Below, piece after piece: positions 1 through 12,111 of a DNA stretch of 64,000 nt. Made by a program: the position numbers and the translations under genes. A model generated the notes under the pieces. That model was not told the origin of the DNA. It saw only the letters and a program-made list of their open reading frames with translations, and ran no database searches. How positions within the stretch are numbered: the stretch's first letter is position 1; each line of letters opens with the position of its first letter. The DNA is from Eledone cirrhosa. Its lineage: Eukaryota. The stretch lies in contig OZ024741.1 of NCBI GenBank assembly GCA_964016885.1, forward strand, positions 353,586,001 through 353,650,000. Direction: 5' to 3'.

Positions 1-344
1 GTACTCCTACAATTCCATCGGGAGTTAAGTGCCATTCCCTTCCTATTCTCTATTGTACGTATCTATGTCGCATAAACATACACACAGACTTCCCTCTGGG
101 TTTTTTGTTCCTGGTTTTTATCTTCCCTTATTTCTAAACTCCTTCCATTGCCCAATTGCCAGTTCCAAATAAAAGGTCAAGGATTCGAAAAAAAATTTCT
201 TAATTTAATTTGAATTCGTTTTACAAGAGATTACTAAGAACTAAAAGAAAGATAGAAAAATAGAAAGGAAGAATTGAAAAAATAAACACATAGAAAAAAA
301 GAAAGATTGCAAGGTAGAAATATAGATAGATTTATAGATAGATA

Positions 345-2435
345 AATTTCTTTATTAGTCACAAGGGCACAAAAGAAGGGGACAAATACAAATGGGGAGT
401 TTACATACAGGTATATGAAAATAAAACTATTAATACAATAACAAATAACAATTGAAATCCCCAATAAGGGGGAGGTGTTACACAGGTGTTATACACACCC
501 CGAAAAAATGTACAACCCTCATCTCCAGGAGCACCAAGATTGAGTACTCCCTTCCTCTCTTCCTCTTTTTCCTCGACCTACAGGCTTATATAGAGAGAAG
601 GCCCAACCACTCGGGCCATCTTTGCCACATTCACCCACCTTTTATAACATTTGCTGGGGTATAACACCTCTCTCTCCATCCTGATTCTTCTTGCAAAATG
701 ATATTTGAAAAAACGAATCAGTTGCTCGCCGGAGAGAAAGGTGTCTGACCTCAGCCCTTTTAACCTCGTCCACCATATAACCTCTTTCACCATAGCCATA
801 ACACATAGGAAAACCGCCTCTCCCTCGTTTTTGAAGGAGGGTGGCGGTTTGATCATAACAATGGACTAGGTGGTCAACTGGATTGGTCCCACCCACGACA
901 ATAGTCGTTCTACATAGCCCCACAAGTGTACAAATGCGTGTGCGACGGTTTCCTCGTCGCGCACGAATCTCGGACAGATCTTTTTCGAAGGGTCCCTACC
1001 CGGGCGCCCGTGTCTGTAGAGCTTGTCTCGAACTGGTAGAGCTCCTCGGTAGCACTTCCAGGCCAGGGACTTTTGGAAGTTGTCCACTGGTCCCGGGCGG
1101 AAGATCCTACCGAACAGACAGGCCAGTTCGTCCTCCTCTACACCTAGAGTTTCTCCGAGCGTGTCGTCGCACTTGCTGCGGACCAACCCTCTATAGAATG
1201 TCGAAGTGAAGTCTCCACTGATCGCCGGGTCCGTTTGCCAGAGGACTGTGAGCGCCTGAGCACATTCGATGTGCCAGTCGCCCATTTTCCTCGGTCTTTG
1301 CTTGACCCAGGACTGCAGCTCGGTCAGCGAGACGAGACGTGGGAAGGCACACCTCACGAACGGGGCCAACACCGGTGGTCTGGTGAGGAATACGTGAAGG
1401 TGCTGCAGCCTGAGCGCGTGTTTGCGCATCGTCAACCACAGCATCCCCAGCCCTCCGTTTGAAGGGTGTTGGCAGCAGATGGATCTTCTCTCCGCCCGTT
1501 TCTTCCAAAGGAATTGGAAGAGCGCGCGCTACATTTTGGTGAGCGTCTTGGCTGGACAAGGCACGACGGTCAAGCGGTAGTAGATGACGGACGCTATAAA
1601 AGGGTTCGCCACCTCCGCTCGATCTTTCAAGGATAGTTTGCACTCGGCCCACTTCTGGGTGAGCGCAAACACCTTGGCCGTCACTTCGTTCCAGTTCTTC
1701 TCCACCTGGAGGTCCGGACCAAACCAGACCCCGAGCAGCTTTACCGGTCCTTCCGTCAAGCGTCCGACGACGTCATCGGAAGGCATCGGTTTGCCTCTCC
1801 ACGTTCCGAGTTGCAAACCGACAGATTTGTCCCGGTCCAGCCTCGCTCCTGTGAACCTTTCGTATTCCTCCAGTAAGGTGCCGATCTCCCCTATTTCCGA
1901 GGTGCTCGACACCATTACTGTCACGTCGTCCGCGTAGCCCGACGCCGCTTTTCGCAGTCCCGGTTCCAAAGGGATTCCCTGCAATAGCTCCAACTTCCGC
2001 AGTAGTGGCTCGAGAGTCAGTACGTACAGAAGGGAGGAGGAGCGCATCCCTGTCGGATGGATCGCATGATATGGAACGGCTCCGAGAGGTAGCCGTTCAC
2101 CTTGACCCTTGAGCAGATGTTGCTGCTGTGCATTGCAGCAATCCATCCCCTGAACACGGGTCCGAAGCCAGCCGCCTCGAGCACCGCATCCAGGTAACGA
2201 TGGTCAACCCTATCGAAAGCCTTAGACTGATCCAAGTTGACCAGGGCCCCACCGAAGCCGGGTTTACACCCAACCCTCTCTATGATGTATCGCATGAGGT
2301 GGAGGTTGTCGTGTTTGTACCTGGTCGGGATTGCGCATGTCTGCGCTTCTCCCATCAGGTTTTCGACGACAAGCGCCAGCCTCTTTGCCAACACCTTGGC
2401 CAAAATCTGTAACTATGAGCAGAGTTATAGGCCGG

Positions 2436-2436
<1 letters not shown>
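345..2436 (-). mobile_element. 5'-truncated L1/Tx1-type non-LTR retrotransposon (copy T1) in (GATA)n
   Basis: Frameshifted ORF2 fragments (DQSKAFDRVDH, YADD, LLGVWFG, CPRF..EETVAH). Minus-strand 3' end reads AATAAAGAAATT then TATC repeats; 5' truncation abuts (GATA)n at 2437. Confidence 0.93.
578..2433 (-). pseudogene. Degenerate Tx1-type ORF2 (RT plus C-terminal domain), several frameshifts
   Basis: ORF pieces 2017-2403, 1529-2146, 866-1444 and 578-856 align colinearly with the 1068-aa ORF2 of T2. Confidence 0.9.

Positions 2437-2476
<40 letters not shown>
2437..2476. repeat. (GATA)10 microsatellite between T1 and T2
   Basis: Read directly. Confidence 0.97.
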
Positions 2477-2477
<1 letters not shown>

Positions 2478-2707
2478 ATTTCTATTTATTTGCCACGAGG
2501 GCACAAAAGAAGGGGACAAATACACAGTGGGGGAGTTTACATAAAACGAGTAAAGAAAAAGGAATAACAATAATAATATAATAATAAAAAGTCCTCAAAA
2601 GGGAGGGGGCGTGTTCGGGATTGCACATACCCCCGAAAAATGTGCAACCCTTTTCGCAGGGGAAGCCCAGAGAGGAGGCGCTCCCCCTTTCCTCTTCACT
2701 TCTTCAC

Positions 2708-5700
2708 CTACAGAACAATGTAGAGAGAAGGCCCATTTACACGAGCCATTCTCGCTTCTTTCACCCACCTTTCATAAAACTGTCTGGGGCCAAGCACTTC
2801 TCTCTCCATCCTGATCCTTCTTCCGAAGTGGTATCGGAAGAAGTAAACCAGGTGATGGCCGGAGAGAAAGTCACCCGACCTCAGACCTTTCAGGCGCGTC
2901 CACCACACAACCTCTTTCATCATAGCTATTACGCACAGAAAGACCGCTTCTGCTTCGTTTCTGAAGGGAGGAGGCGGCTTGATGTTCACCACAGACTCGG
3001 CGGTTAATCGAATCGGCGCCACACGCGACAGCAGTCGTTCGACGTAGCCCCACAGATCGGCAACGCCCGGGCAGTGTACCAGTGCATGCGCAACGGTTTC
3101 CTCGTCGCGCACGCATCTGGGACAGATCTTTTTCGCTGGATCCCTGCCCGGGCGCCCGTGTCTGTAGAGCTTTTCTCGAACGGGCAGAGCCCCCCGGTAA
3201 CACTGCCAGGCTAGGGACCTCTGGAAGTTGTCCATGGGTCCCGGGCCGAAAGTTCTACCGAACAGGCTGGCCAGTTCGTCCTCCTCCATGCCTAGCGACT
3301 CTCCAAGGGTGTCGTCGCCCCTGCTAGCCACCAGCCCTCTATAGAATGTCGAGGTGGATTCTCCACTGACAGTCGGGTCCGCTTGCCAGATAGCCGTGAG
3401 CGCCTGGGCACACTCGGTGTGCCAGTTGCCCAGTTTTCTCGGTCTTTGCTTCACCCAGGATTGCAGCTCGGTGAGCGAGACGAGCTGTGGGAAGGCTCGC
3501 CTCACAAACGGGGCCCACACCGGCTGACCGGTGAGGAATACCTGTAGATGCCGTAGCCTCAATGCGTGCCTACGCATCAACAGCCACGGCATACCCAGCC
3601 CTCCTTTCGAAGGGTGCTGGCAGCAGATGGATCTCCTCACCATGGGAGGCCGCTTCTTCCAGAGGAAGTGGAAGAGCATGCGTTCCATGATGGTGATCTT
3701 TTCCTTGGGGCAAGGCACGACGGTCAGGCGGTAGCAGATGACGGACGCTATGTAAGCGTTCGTCACCTCCGCCCAACCTTTCAGTGATAGTTTGCACTTG
3801 GCCCACTTCTGGGTCAGCGCAAACACCCTGCTTGTCACCTCGCCCCAATTCTTCTCCACCTGGAGGTCCGGTCCGAACCAGACCCCGAGCAGCTTCACCG
3901 GGCCCTCCGTCCACCGCCCGACGACACCGTCTAACGGCATCGGTTTGCCCCTCCACGTTCCGAGTTGCAAACCGACTGACTTGTCCCGGTTCAGCCTAGC
4001 CCCCGTCAGCCTTTCGTATTCCTCCAGTAGGGTGGCGATCGCCCCGATTTCCGAGGCGTCCGCCACCATTACTGTTACGTCGTCGGCATAGGCCGAGACC
4101 GCTTTGTGCAATCCCGGTTCCAGGGGTATGCCCCGCAGCAACTCCAACTTCCGCAGCAGTGGCTCGAGAGTCAATACGTACAGAAGGGAGGAGAGGGGGC
4201 ACCCCTGTCTGATGGACCGGGTGATTTGAAACGGCTCCGCGAGGTAGCCGTTTACTTTAATCCTAGAGTAGATGTTGCCACTGTGCATGGCAGAAATCCA
4301 GCCCCTGAAAACGGGTCCGAAGCCCGCCGCCGCTAGCACCGCTTCCAGGTAACCATGGTCGACCCTATCGAACGCCTTAGATTGATCCAAGTTGATCAGG
4401 GCCCCACCAAAGCCGGGTTCGTTGCCAACCCTCTCTATGATGTATCGCATGAGGTGGAGGTTGTCGTGAATGGACCTGGACGGGATAGCGCATGTCTGCG
4501 CGTCTCCCACCAAACCACCCACCACAAGCGCCAACCTCTTCGCCAACACCATGGCCAAAATCTGTAACTCTGCATTCAGCAGAGTTATGGGCCTAAAGTT
4601 ACTTAAGTCGTCCCCCTTGCTCTCGTCCTTCCTCACTAGCGTGACCACGCCCTTGGTCACGGAACAGGGAATTCTCCCGTTCTGTTGCCAGTTGCAATAG
4701 ACAGCCTCGAGGAGTTCGGAGAACAAGACCGGCATAGCTAAATAAAGTTCGTATGGTAGACCATCGAGACCCGGAGATTTGCGTCTGCTGCATTGGCTGA
4801 GCGCTTCCCCGATTTCAGTGGCTGTGATTGGCCTTTCGCAGCACTCCGCTTCGCCGCTCGAAAGACGCGGTAGACCGTCGAGGTATGGACCGAAGTCCAC
4901 ATCCCCGTCCGGCCCCCCGCCCCCTCCGAACAGTCGAGCAAAGTGCCTTTGAAAGGCCTCGCACATCCGCTCAGGCTCAAGGATCACCCGTCCATCCTGG
5001 TCTCGCAAAGACCGAATGGTGGATTTAATCCCACTCTTGGCTTCTGTCACGCGGGCCCAGCTAACAGCTTTGGTCCCCTCGTTTCCTAAAGCACGTATTT
5101 TTCTTCGGACAACGCAGCCTTCGTGCTTCGCGTCAAAGAACTGGCTCAACGCCGTTCTAGCCGCTAACACTCTGGCTACGTCTCCGCTCCTAATCGCCTC
5201 TTCTAGTTTATCTGTTAACTCCCTTTCCTTCCTATTTCTATTCGCCGCTAGTTCCTTACTGTAACCTATCGAACTTACTCTAATCTCTCTCTTTAGAGAT
5301 ACCCACCACCTACTGTTGACAATCGCTCCCGTCAACCGCATCTTAACTAAGCTACTAATCCGGTTCCTGTAATCTTTCTTTGCCGGCAAGGACAAGTTCA
5401 TCTTCCAGTAACCGGGACCCTGTCTATGCGTTCTATCAAGGTTGACCACGCAGGTCACTAATTTGTGATCTGAATAGCCAACCATGATCAATTCTGGACA
5501 ACTAAATACGTCCCTATCCTTACTCCTAACCAAAAACCTATCTAGGTACGATCTAGATTGTCCACTGCGGTTTGCCCAGGTCCAGGTTGGCGCAGTTGGA
5601 CAATCTAGTCGAAATCTATCGACCAGGTCGAATCGATCGAGTAACCCCTTGAGGCTGCTACACCCCCCTCTATCGGGACATGCCCCTGCATAGTCCCAAC

Positions 5701-6153
5701 GCGCATCTAGGATTCCATTCCAGTCCCCCACTAAAAGCAGGGAACGCGACGTTCCTAGAAAAGTCTCCAGACGCTGGAAGAAGTCGGCTCTTTCAGCCCC
5801 GAAGGGGGCATAAAGACCGACCAGTCTGAAAGCCCCGCCTTCACCGCCTCCGACGTCCAGCACCAGTATTCGAGCCCCCGGGTCCGAGTGAACAATCTGT
5901 ACGTCGAGAGCCATACGTTTATCCAGCAGTACGGCAACTCCCCCCCCCCCCCCCCGCCTCCGGGTTGACAGAGAGATGCGTGCATCTCAAAGTCATCGAA
6001 GGCGGGAGCCAGCTGTCGCACGCTGCTGATCCGACTCTCGCAAACAACCATCACATCTATACTTCGTGACCTGAGTTCACTTAGTAGCTTTGCTTGCTTC
6101 CAAGCTGAGCCCAGGCCACGCGCGTTCAAACAGCCAACTCTTAATTGATCTAT
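2708..6153 (-). pseudogene. T2 ORF2: APE endonuclease + reverse transcriptase + C-terminal zinc finger; one frameshift in the C-run at ~5940-5955; no ATG
   Basis: LNARGL..CESR (5755-6129 frame) joins the 1068-aa ORF containing GDWN, YLDR, SDH, PGLDG, KAFD, QGCPLS, YADD and CPRC..EETVAH..C. Confidence 0.92.
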
Positions 6154-7965
6154 TTTGGTGTTGAAAGTGAAGAAAGAAAAGCACTTACCTCTCCGGGTTG
6201 TGTAATTTCCATGGCGTCAGGTGTGTTGGGTGGAGGGATGTTTTGTGGTGGTGTGGGGGTGCCCGAGTGTGGTTGGGTTGGGGTGTTTGGAGTTGTGTCG
6301 GGGTGAGGGGAGGTTATGGGGAAATCTTTCAAGAGGACGCGATTTAACGGTTTTAAACAGGGAGGGGTCACGTCCTGTCTAAATTGTTCTTTTAAGGAAC
6401 GATAAAGGTCCAGAGGGACCTTTATCATTTTTAAATGGGTGAAGTTCTCTGTTGAGATAAAGTTTGGCCCTTCGGTCTGCACCAAAGGGCTATTGTTTAT
6501 TAATTTAAACAGTTTTTTGTTTTCTTTATTTATATATGTGTATTGCAATGTCTTTTTTTGTGATGCTGTCAATGTTTCGGAGAGGGGAGGCGCAGATTTA
6601 TTTTTGTTTGTTGAGGGTGGGGTGTTTTTTATTGGAGTTGGTGTCTGTGTGTGGGTTATTTGTGGTGTGCTGGGTGTGTGCTTTCTTTTTTTTCTTTTAA
6701 CTTGTCTGAAGGCTTCTCCTCCTTCTTCTTCAGAAGTTGGGGGAAACTCTTCAGCGCTAGGTGGGAGGGACGTCGTGTCTGGTTTTTTTTTTGCGGGAGG
6801 GGTAGATTTGTTGCTGTTTTTTTTTATTATTTGTTTGGAATGCGTTTTGTGGTGGTGGTGGTGCTGTTTGTGTCGTGCTTGTGGTTGGTAATGGTGGTGA
6901 TGGTGTTTGTGTTGGTGATGGTGGTGGTGATTTTTGTGTCGAGCTTGTGTTTGCTGCTGGTGGTGGTGATGTGCTTGGTGGTGTTTGTATTTTGTTTGCT
7001 GTGTGTGGTATTAGTATATTTTTGGAGGTGGGTGGTGTTGGTGTACTGTTTGTGGTGGGTGTGGGCAATAGTCCTTTTTGGGGGACACGTTTCGGGCAGT
7101 TAGCCTTAATGTGTCCCGTTTCCATGCATAAATAGCATGCTGGTCTTCTCCCCTCTACAATTATATCTATTGGGGTGAGCTCATCCAGCCAGATGCGATC
7201 CGGGATTTGTGCTATTCTTTCGGGCCTCATTTGGACTAGTAGGTCGAGGCCCATTCCCAGAAACGCATCTCCGGATGCCTTCCCCATTGACAGCACTGTG
7301 TCCTCGCCCATGTCTATGAAGCCAGCAATAGCCCACCAGAAGTCCATTGTGGGCAGCATTGTTTGTATTTTTACTCTCTGTGTTCTTCTACCCATGTAGG
7401 AGGGATAGAAGCTGTATGTTGTCGATGAGAGTGGGCTTATGGAAAGCTTCTCCGCCGTTTCCTTGTCTTTTGTTAAGACCGAAATGCTGCCATAGAGTCG
7501 GTCCTTTCGTATGAAGAGAATATTCTTCATATAGTCTTTTAGGACCAACTCTATCTCCATTTGGCTGGGCTGTGCTGGCTTTCTTGTTTCGTTTAGGATT
7601 GTTCTGAAGAGAACTGTGTTCTCTGTTCTCGTTTTCTTGAATTCTGGGGGGGAGTTAATGGAAAACATTCCATTTTCCCCCAAAACAATGTGTTTCTTTG
7701 CTTCGGCCAGTTTTTCTCTGGCGGCCGTTAGGTCAATTGGTGTGTATGTAATGGATTGTTTTGTTTTCTGGGCGAAAGTTGCCCTGTTGTTATTTGTATT
7801 ATTTTCTGTTTGTTTGTTTTCCGTTTGCTCATTTTCCTTAACATTCGTTTTTTCATTTTCTTTGTTTGTTTCTTTGTCTAATTTTGTTGTAATTATTTTT
7901 TGTTCTTCAGACTTGGGGGGCGTGGCAGAGCTAATGGCAGACATGTCTGCCATCTTTTCCGCCAT
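6150..7965 (-). pseudogene. T2 ORF1 (gag-like, CX2CX4HX4C knuckle, Pro/Thr-rich); frameshift in a T-run near 6783-6825
   Basis: CYLCMETGHIKANC; first ATG at 7965. The 6150-6572 frame is similar to the T3 ORF1 C-terminus. Confidence 0.85.
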
Positions 7966-8617
7966 GCTGCCAAGAACGAAATTTTTCGGCAAAATTAGAT
8001 ATTTATTTTACCCCCTAAAAAGGGGGTAAATGCAAAAATGTTTCCCTAAATAACAGGGGTTAGTGTTCCAAATGTGTTGCACTGAAAAATTTATCCGGTA
8101 CTTACAATAGTAAGGGTAAATCCCGATAGAATAGCGGAGCCGATGTGAAGCGTGTCTTACTCTATCAAGATAGATAGATAGATACATGTAGAGAAAGGGG
8201 AAGTGAAGGAAGAAATAATTATGGGGAAAAACAAAAAAATATAGAAAGAAAAGAAAAAAGAAAAAAAGAAAGGAAGAAAGAAAACAGAAAGAAGGAATTG
8301 AAAAAAGAACAAGAACATAGAGAGACAAATGAGTGTAATTAATTATAATTTCATCTCTACTGTAATATAATTAATTTTAGAATTTGTCTTGAATAAACAA
8401 AGAAATAAATAGACAATGAAATAAGTAAATGAATAAATAATTAAATAATGCAATTAAAACTAAAACTGAAAGAAAACTAAATAAAGTGATTAAGTTTTAA
8501 TTGAATGTTTTCTAACTGAATCAATAAAATTGATTTCTTCTACACCGGCTCAAATAGAACTAGAAATGGTAGGGTGAGGAGAATATGAGGCTCAATGATA
8601 TTTATGTATATTATATC

Positions 8618-8827
8618 CTTCTTCTTCTTCTTCTTCTTCTTCATTTCTTTATTTATTTATTTTCCTTCTTTCTTTCTTCTTTCCCTTCCTTCTTTCTTTC
8701 TTTTCCTCCTTCTACTTCTTTCTTTCTTTCTCTCTTCTTTCTTTCTTTCTTCTTTCTTTCTTCCTTTTCCTTCTTCTTTCTTTCTTCCTTTTCCTTTTTC
8801 TTTCTTCTTCTTCTTCTTCTTCTTCTT
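8618..8827. repeat. (CTT)n/(CTTT)n polypyrimidine tract, probably the expanded tail of the adjacent RTE
   Basis: Read directly; abuts the RTE 3' end. Confidence 0.9.
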
Positions 8828-9530
8828 CGCCCACTTATTCCTGAAAAGGTCATGGGACAAGAGTCCTCAAACACTGCTTATAGCGAGTCTTGTCTGAAGC
8901 AACTGTCTCCAACTGATTCGGCTAGATCCCTAAACGAAACCAGGCGAGTTCATGGATGTTATTTAACCAGTGTCTAACCTTTGATCTCCTGCTGGTTGGT
9001 CTTGCCCGTAGAATTTGTCCAGCGATTCTTTTCTGGGACATGCTAACCACATGCCCATAGTTTTGGGGCTGCGATTTCTCAATTCGGAGAAGTAACAGTT
9101 CTATCTGATCTCTATCGAGTTACCTTACCCCAAAGATCCTTCGGATGAACCCATTTCGGCTGCTTGCATTTGCGATCGTATTCTTTTGGTCGTTACCCAA
9201 GATTCATGACCTTAGGTAAAGGTTCGCACGAATACCGAATTGAAGATTGTCAGTTATTCTTTTACACCTTCCTCCCTTCTTTTGATTACCGTATGCTGAA
9301 GTTGATACATTACTGCACTAGCTCCTGCAATTCTTACGCTTAATTCAACATCCTGTCTTCCATCACTCGTGAACACGATCCCCCAGATATTAGACCTTCT
9401 CCACCCGCTTCAATTGAACTCTATTCGCATGTAAAGCGCACTGCGCATACTTCTTTGAGAAACTCTTTGTTTTTGCAGCACTGATTTTTATTCCAGCCAT
9501 GCAGCGCACAGCATCAAACCAATCAAGTGC
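8828..9530 (-). mobile_element. Decayed 3' fragment of an RTE-clade LINE
   Basis: Manual minus-strand translation gives YLGIVFTSDG, GHESWVTTKRIRSQMQAAEM and LRIEKSQ..YGHV, typical of the RTE C-terminus; ends in (GAA)n. Confidence 0.8.
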
Positions 9531-9589
9531 AATTCTATGTAAATATTGATCTAATTGAAATGAAAGGGAAACAATTATGATAAGAAATT

Positions 9590-9730
9590 AGAGCGTTAGG
9601 TAAAATGCCTTGCAATATTTTGTTATAGCCCTTTATGTTCTGACAGCCTACCAAGGTCAACGATGCTTTTATTTCATTTGAGGTCGTTAAAATAAATTAC
9701 CAGTTATATACTGGTGTTGATATGATCGGC
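9590..9730 (+). mobile_element. Degenerate tRNA-derived SINE
   Basis: aggtcaacgatgcttttatttcatttgaggtcgttaaaataaattaccagt resembles the core of the SINEs at 10659 and 58155. Confidence 0.65.
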
Positions 9731-10658
9731 TTTCTCCTCCTCGAAACTGACAAGTTTGCTAACATTACTGATTTTAAAAACTCCATTATAGTGGACTACA
9801 ATCAACTCCTTTGAATCAACCTCGAAAGATTCTGAAATGTACAACAACTTCGTTGGTGCAATGAAGTCGAAAACAAACAATACATGTAAATATATATGCG
9901 TGCTCACATGATTCAATAGTACAAATTTCACAGTAATTTCTCTCTTTCTACCTATCTCTTTTTCTCTCCATCTCTCTTTCTCTCTATCTATCTTCCAACA
10001 CATCTCGCTATCTCATTTGCCTCCATGAACATAAGTATATAATCAGAAGATGACGAGTAAAGCTTGTTACATTGATGAGTTGACCATTCGTTTAAGTTGA
10101 TTGATGATTTCGCCATTTCCTAATGGGAAACATAATCCAAAATGGTCCACTGAAAATCACAGTAATTCTTTTTACACAGAAAGCTGAATCTAATACTCTT
10201 CTTACTGTAATTCTAATACTTTTCTTTAGATGAAACTAATCTTTTTGATGTAGTTTTCACATCTCACGCATATATTAACAGTTTATTGCCAAATAGAAAG
10301 AATACAGTCATTATTATATACACATGTACATAAATAACGACGAAATATTTTTTATACCGTCTGCAAAAAGGTTAGGATAAATTGCCTGAGTTGCCTTGAT
10401 CAAAGGTAACCACTAATTATTTTAGTAGCTATTTTCTTTTAATTAAGAATTGTGCTAGTTATATTCAGTTAGTTAACTAACTGATGTGTATAGAAATAGA
10501 TATCGCGTCTATAAACAAAACGCTATGTTACTCATTATTTCTCAATAACTATTCAATAACCAAGATTCATTACTCAATATGAATGACTCTATACTTATTA
10601 TCTCAATACTTATTGAATTCCTTAATTTAATACACTTAGACCTTTATATATATATAAC

Positions 10659-10842
10659 TGTTTCTACTTTTGGCACAAGGCCAGCAATTATCCCACTGTA
10701 TTACTGGTACTTTATTCTATCGACCCCGTAAGGATGAAAGGCAAAGTTAATCTCGGCGGGATTTGAACTCAGATCATAACGGGGCGTAACTCTATGCTTC
10801 AAAGCATGGCGTCTGACTCGCTACTGAAACTGCCAATCCGCC
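10659..10842 (-). mobile_element. tRNA-derived SINE (Pol III A/B boxes) in (TA)n
   Basis: Minus strand has a TGGCAG.. A-box-like motif, GTTCAAATCC B box and core GCCTTTCATCC..GGTCGATA..AGTACCAG; homologous to 58155-58332. Confidence 0.88.
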
Positions 10843-11283
10843 TATATATAATAACAATAAGTATGACACCAGGAAAAACACCTATGTATATATATATGTG
10901 TGTGTGTGTTAGTGTGTGTGTGTTTGTGTGCGTGTGTGTGTGTGGGGGGATAATTATAGTGACGTATTCCACTATTATTTTTGGTAAAGTGAGAGAAGCT
11001 CTATGCACACTAAAATCCTCAGCTCAAAAGGAGTTTAAATCAACGAATAAGTGTTCGAAAGTTAAAGTTCTTGTTGTTGGGGACAGTTCAGGTAGCAAAG
11101 CATTCGTCATTTTGAATATATATATGCACGGTCTCGTAACTCCGGGTGGAGCCTTAGTGGCACCGCAGTGGTGTGTCTAGGGCATTTTAAGCTCTAATGT
11201 CTGAACACACCACATTTAATCCATTTCTTCAATGGAACGATAGAAAGTGAAAGAAAAGAAGTGAGAAAGAGATGTAGAGGAAG

Positions 11284-11412
11284 AATCGACATCAGTACTA
11301 TACTGATACATTTTTTTTTCGACCTCGAAAAGATGAAAGGCAAAGTTGACCTCGGCAGGATTTGAACTCAGTAAGCAGAAATCCGCAACGAATGGCGCGG
11401 AATATCTTATCC

Positions 11413-11414
<2 letters not shown>
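11284..11414 (-). mobile_element. Partial related SINE
   Basis: gatgaaaggcaaagttgacctcggcaggatttgaactc shared with the other SINEs. Confidence 0.8.
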
Positions 11415-11475
<61 letters not shown>

Positions 11476-11477
<2 letters not shown>

Positions 11478-12061
11478 TTTCTGAATTTGTTTAGCAAGAT
11501 TCTTTATCTGAAAACGTGTGTTGAAACCGATATTGTTATACCTTGGGAGGGTCATGTTGCCAGTAAGACGCTATGTTTAGACAAATCACAGAGGCAATAA
11601 ACATAAATGAACTCCAACCAAAATTAAATAGAAAGCATGAATGGAATAGCAACATCACAACTTACAATTAAGGACAAAATGAAAACACACACACACATAG
11701 AACAAACAACCAACCAGTAACATGTAAATAAGCAAATAAATAAACAAATATAAACACACACAGACACCCGGATGTAACACATGCGCAAACTAAGCACACA
11801 ACACACACAAAAACAAGATGGCGTAGGACAGAACAAAGGAGAGGCACAAAAACAAAGAAAAGAATCCCCAGTCACTGAAGAGGTCAGAGAATGTGTAACG
11901 AAAGAACTTTGACAATATATGAACAATCGTCTGGTTGTGGAACCAACCAACCAACCGGAAATTTATAAATTCCTAAATTTATAAATTTAATTTATAATAA
12001 ATTGAAGTGAAAGCAACTGGTGCGTGTGTTTCTTATTGGCAACATGACCCTCCCAAAGTAT

Positions 12062-12068
<7 letters not shown>
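11476..12068. mobile_element. Penelope-derived non-autonomous element with inverted termini, in (TA)n
   Basis: gttataccttgggagggtcatgttgcc (~11535-11560) is inverted at ~12038-12064. Terminus similar to the Penelope 3' end at 59820-59900; degenerate hammerhead core at 11871-11913. Confidence 0.72.

Positions 12069-12106
<38 letters not shown>

Positions 12107-12111
<5 letters not shown>

Larger units (their letters stand above)
2477..8168 (-). mobile_element. Full-length L1/Tx1-type retrotransposon (T2) flanked by (GATA)n on both sides
   Basis: ORF1 with CCHC knuckle plus ORF2 with APE, RT and C-terminal Cys/His motif. (GATA)n at 2437-2476 and 8169-8184. Confidence 0.95.

Noticed and set aside
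8585-8977. Phe/Ser/Lys-rich ORFs
   Set aside because: Products of the (CTT)n tract.
11040-11100. KVLVVGDSSG resembling a small-GTPase or SGNH motif
   Set aside because: Isolated, lacks GKS/T and flanking homology; the ORF runs through SINE and (TG)n sequence.
11168-11213. Hairpin GTGGTGTGT..ACACACCAC as a pre-miRNA
   Set aside because: Short low-complexity stem with no independent support.
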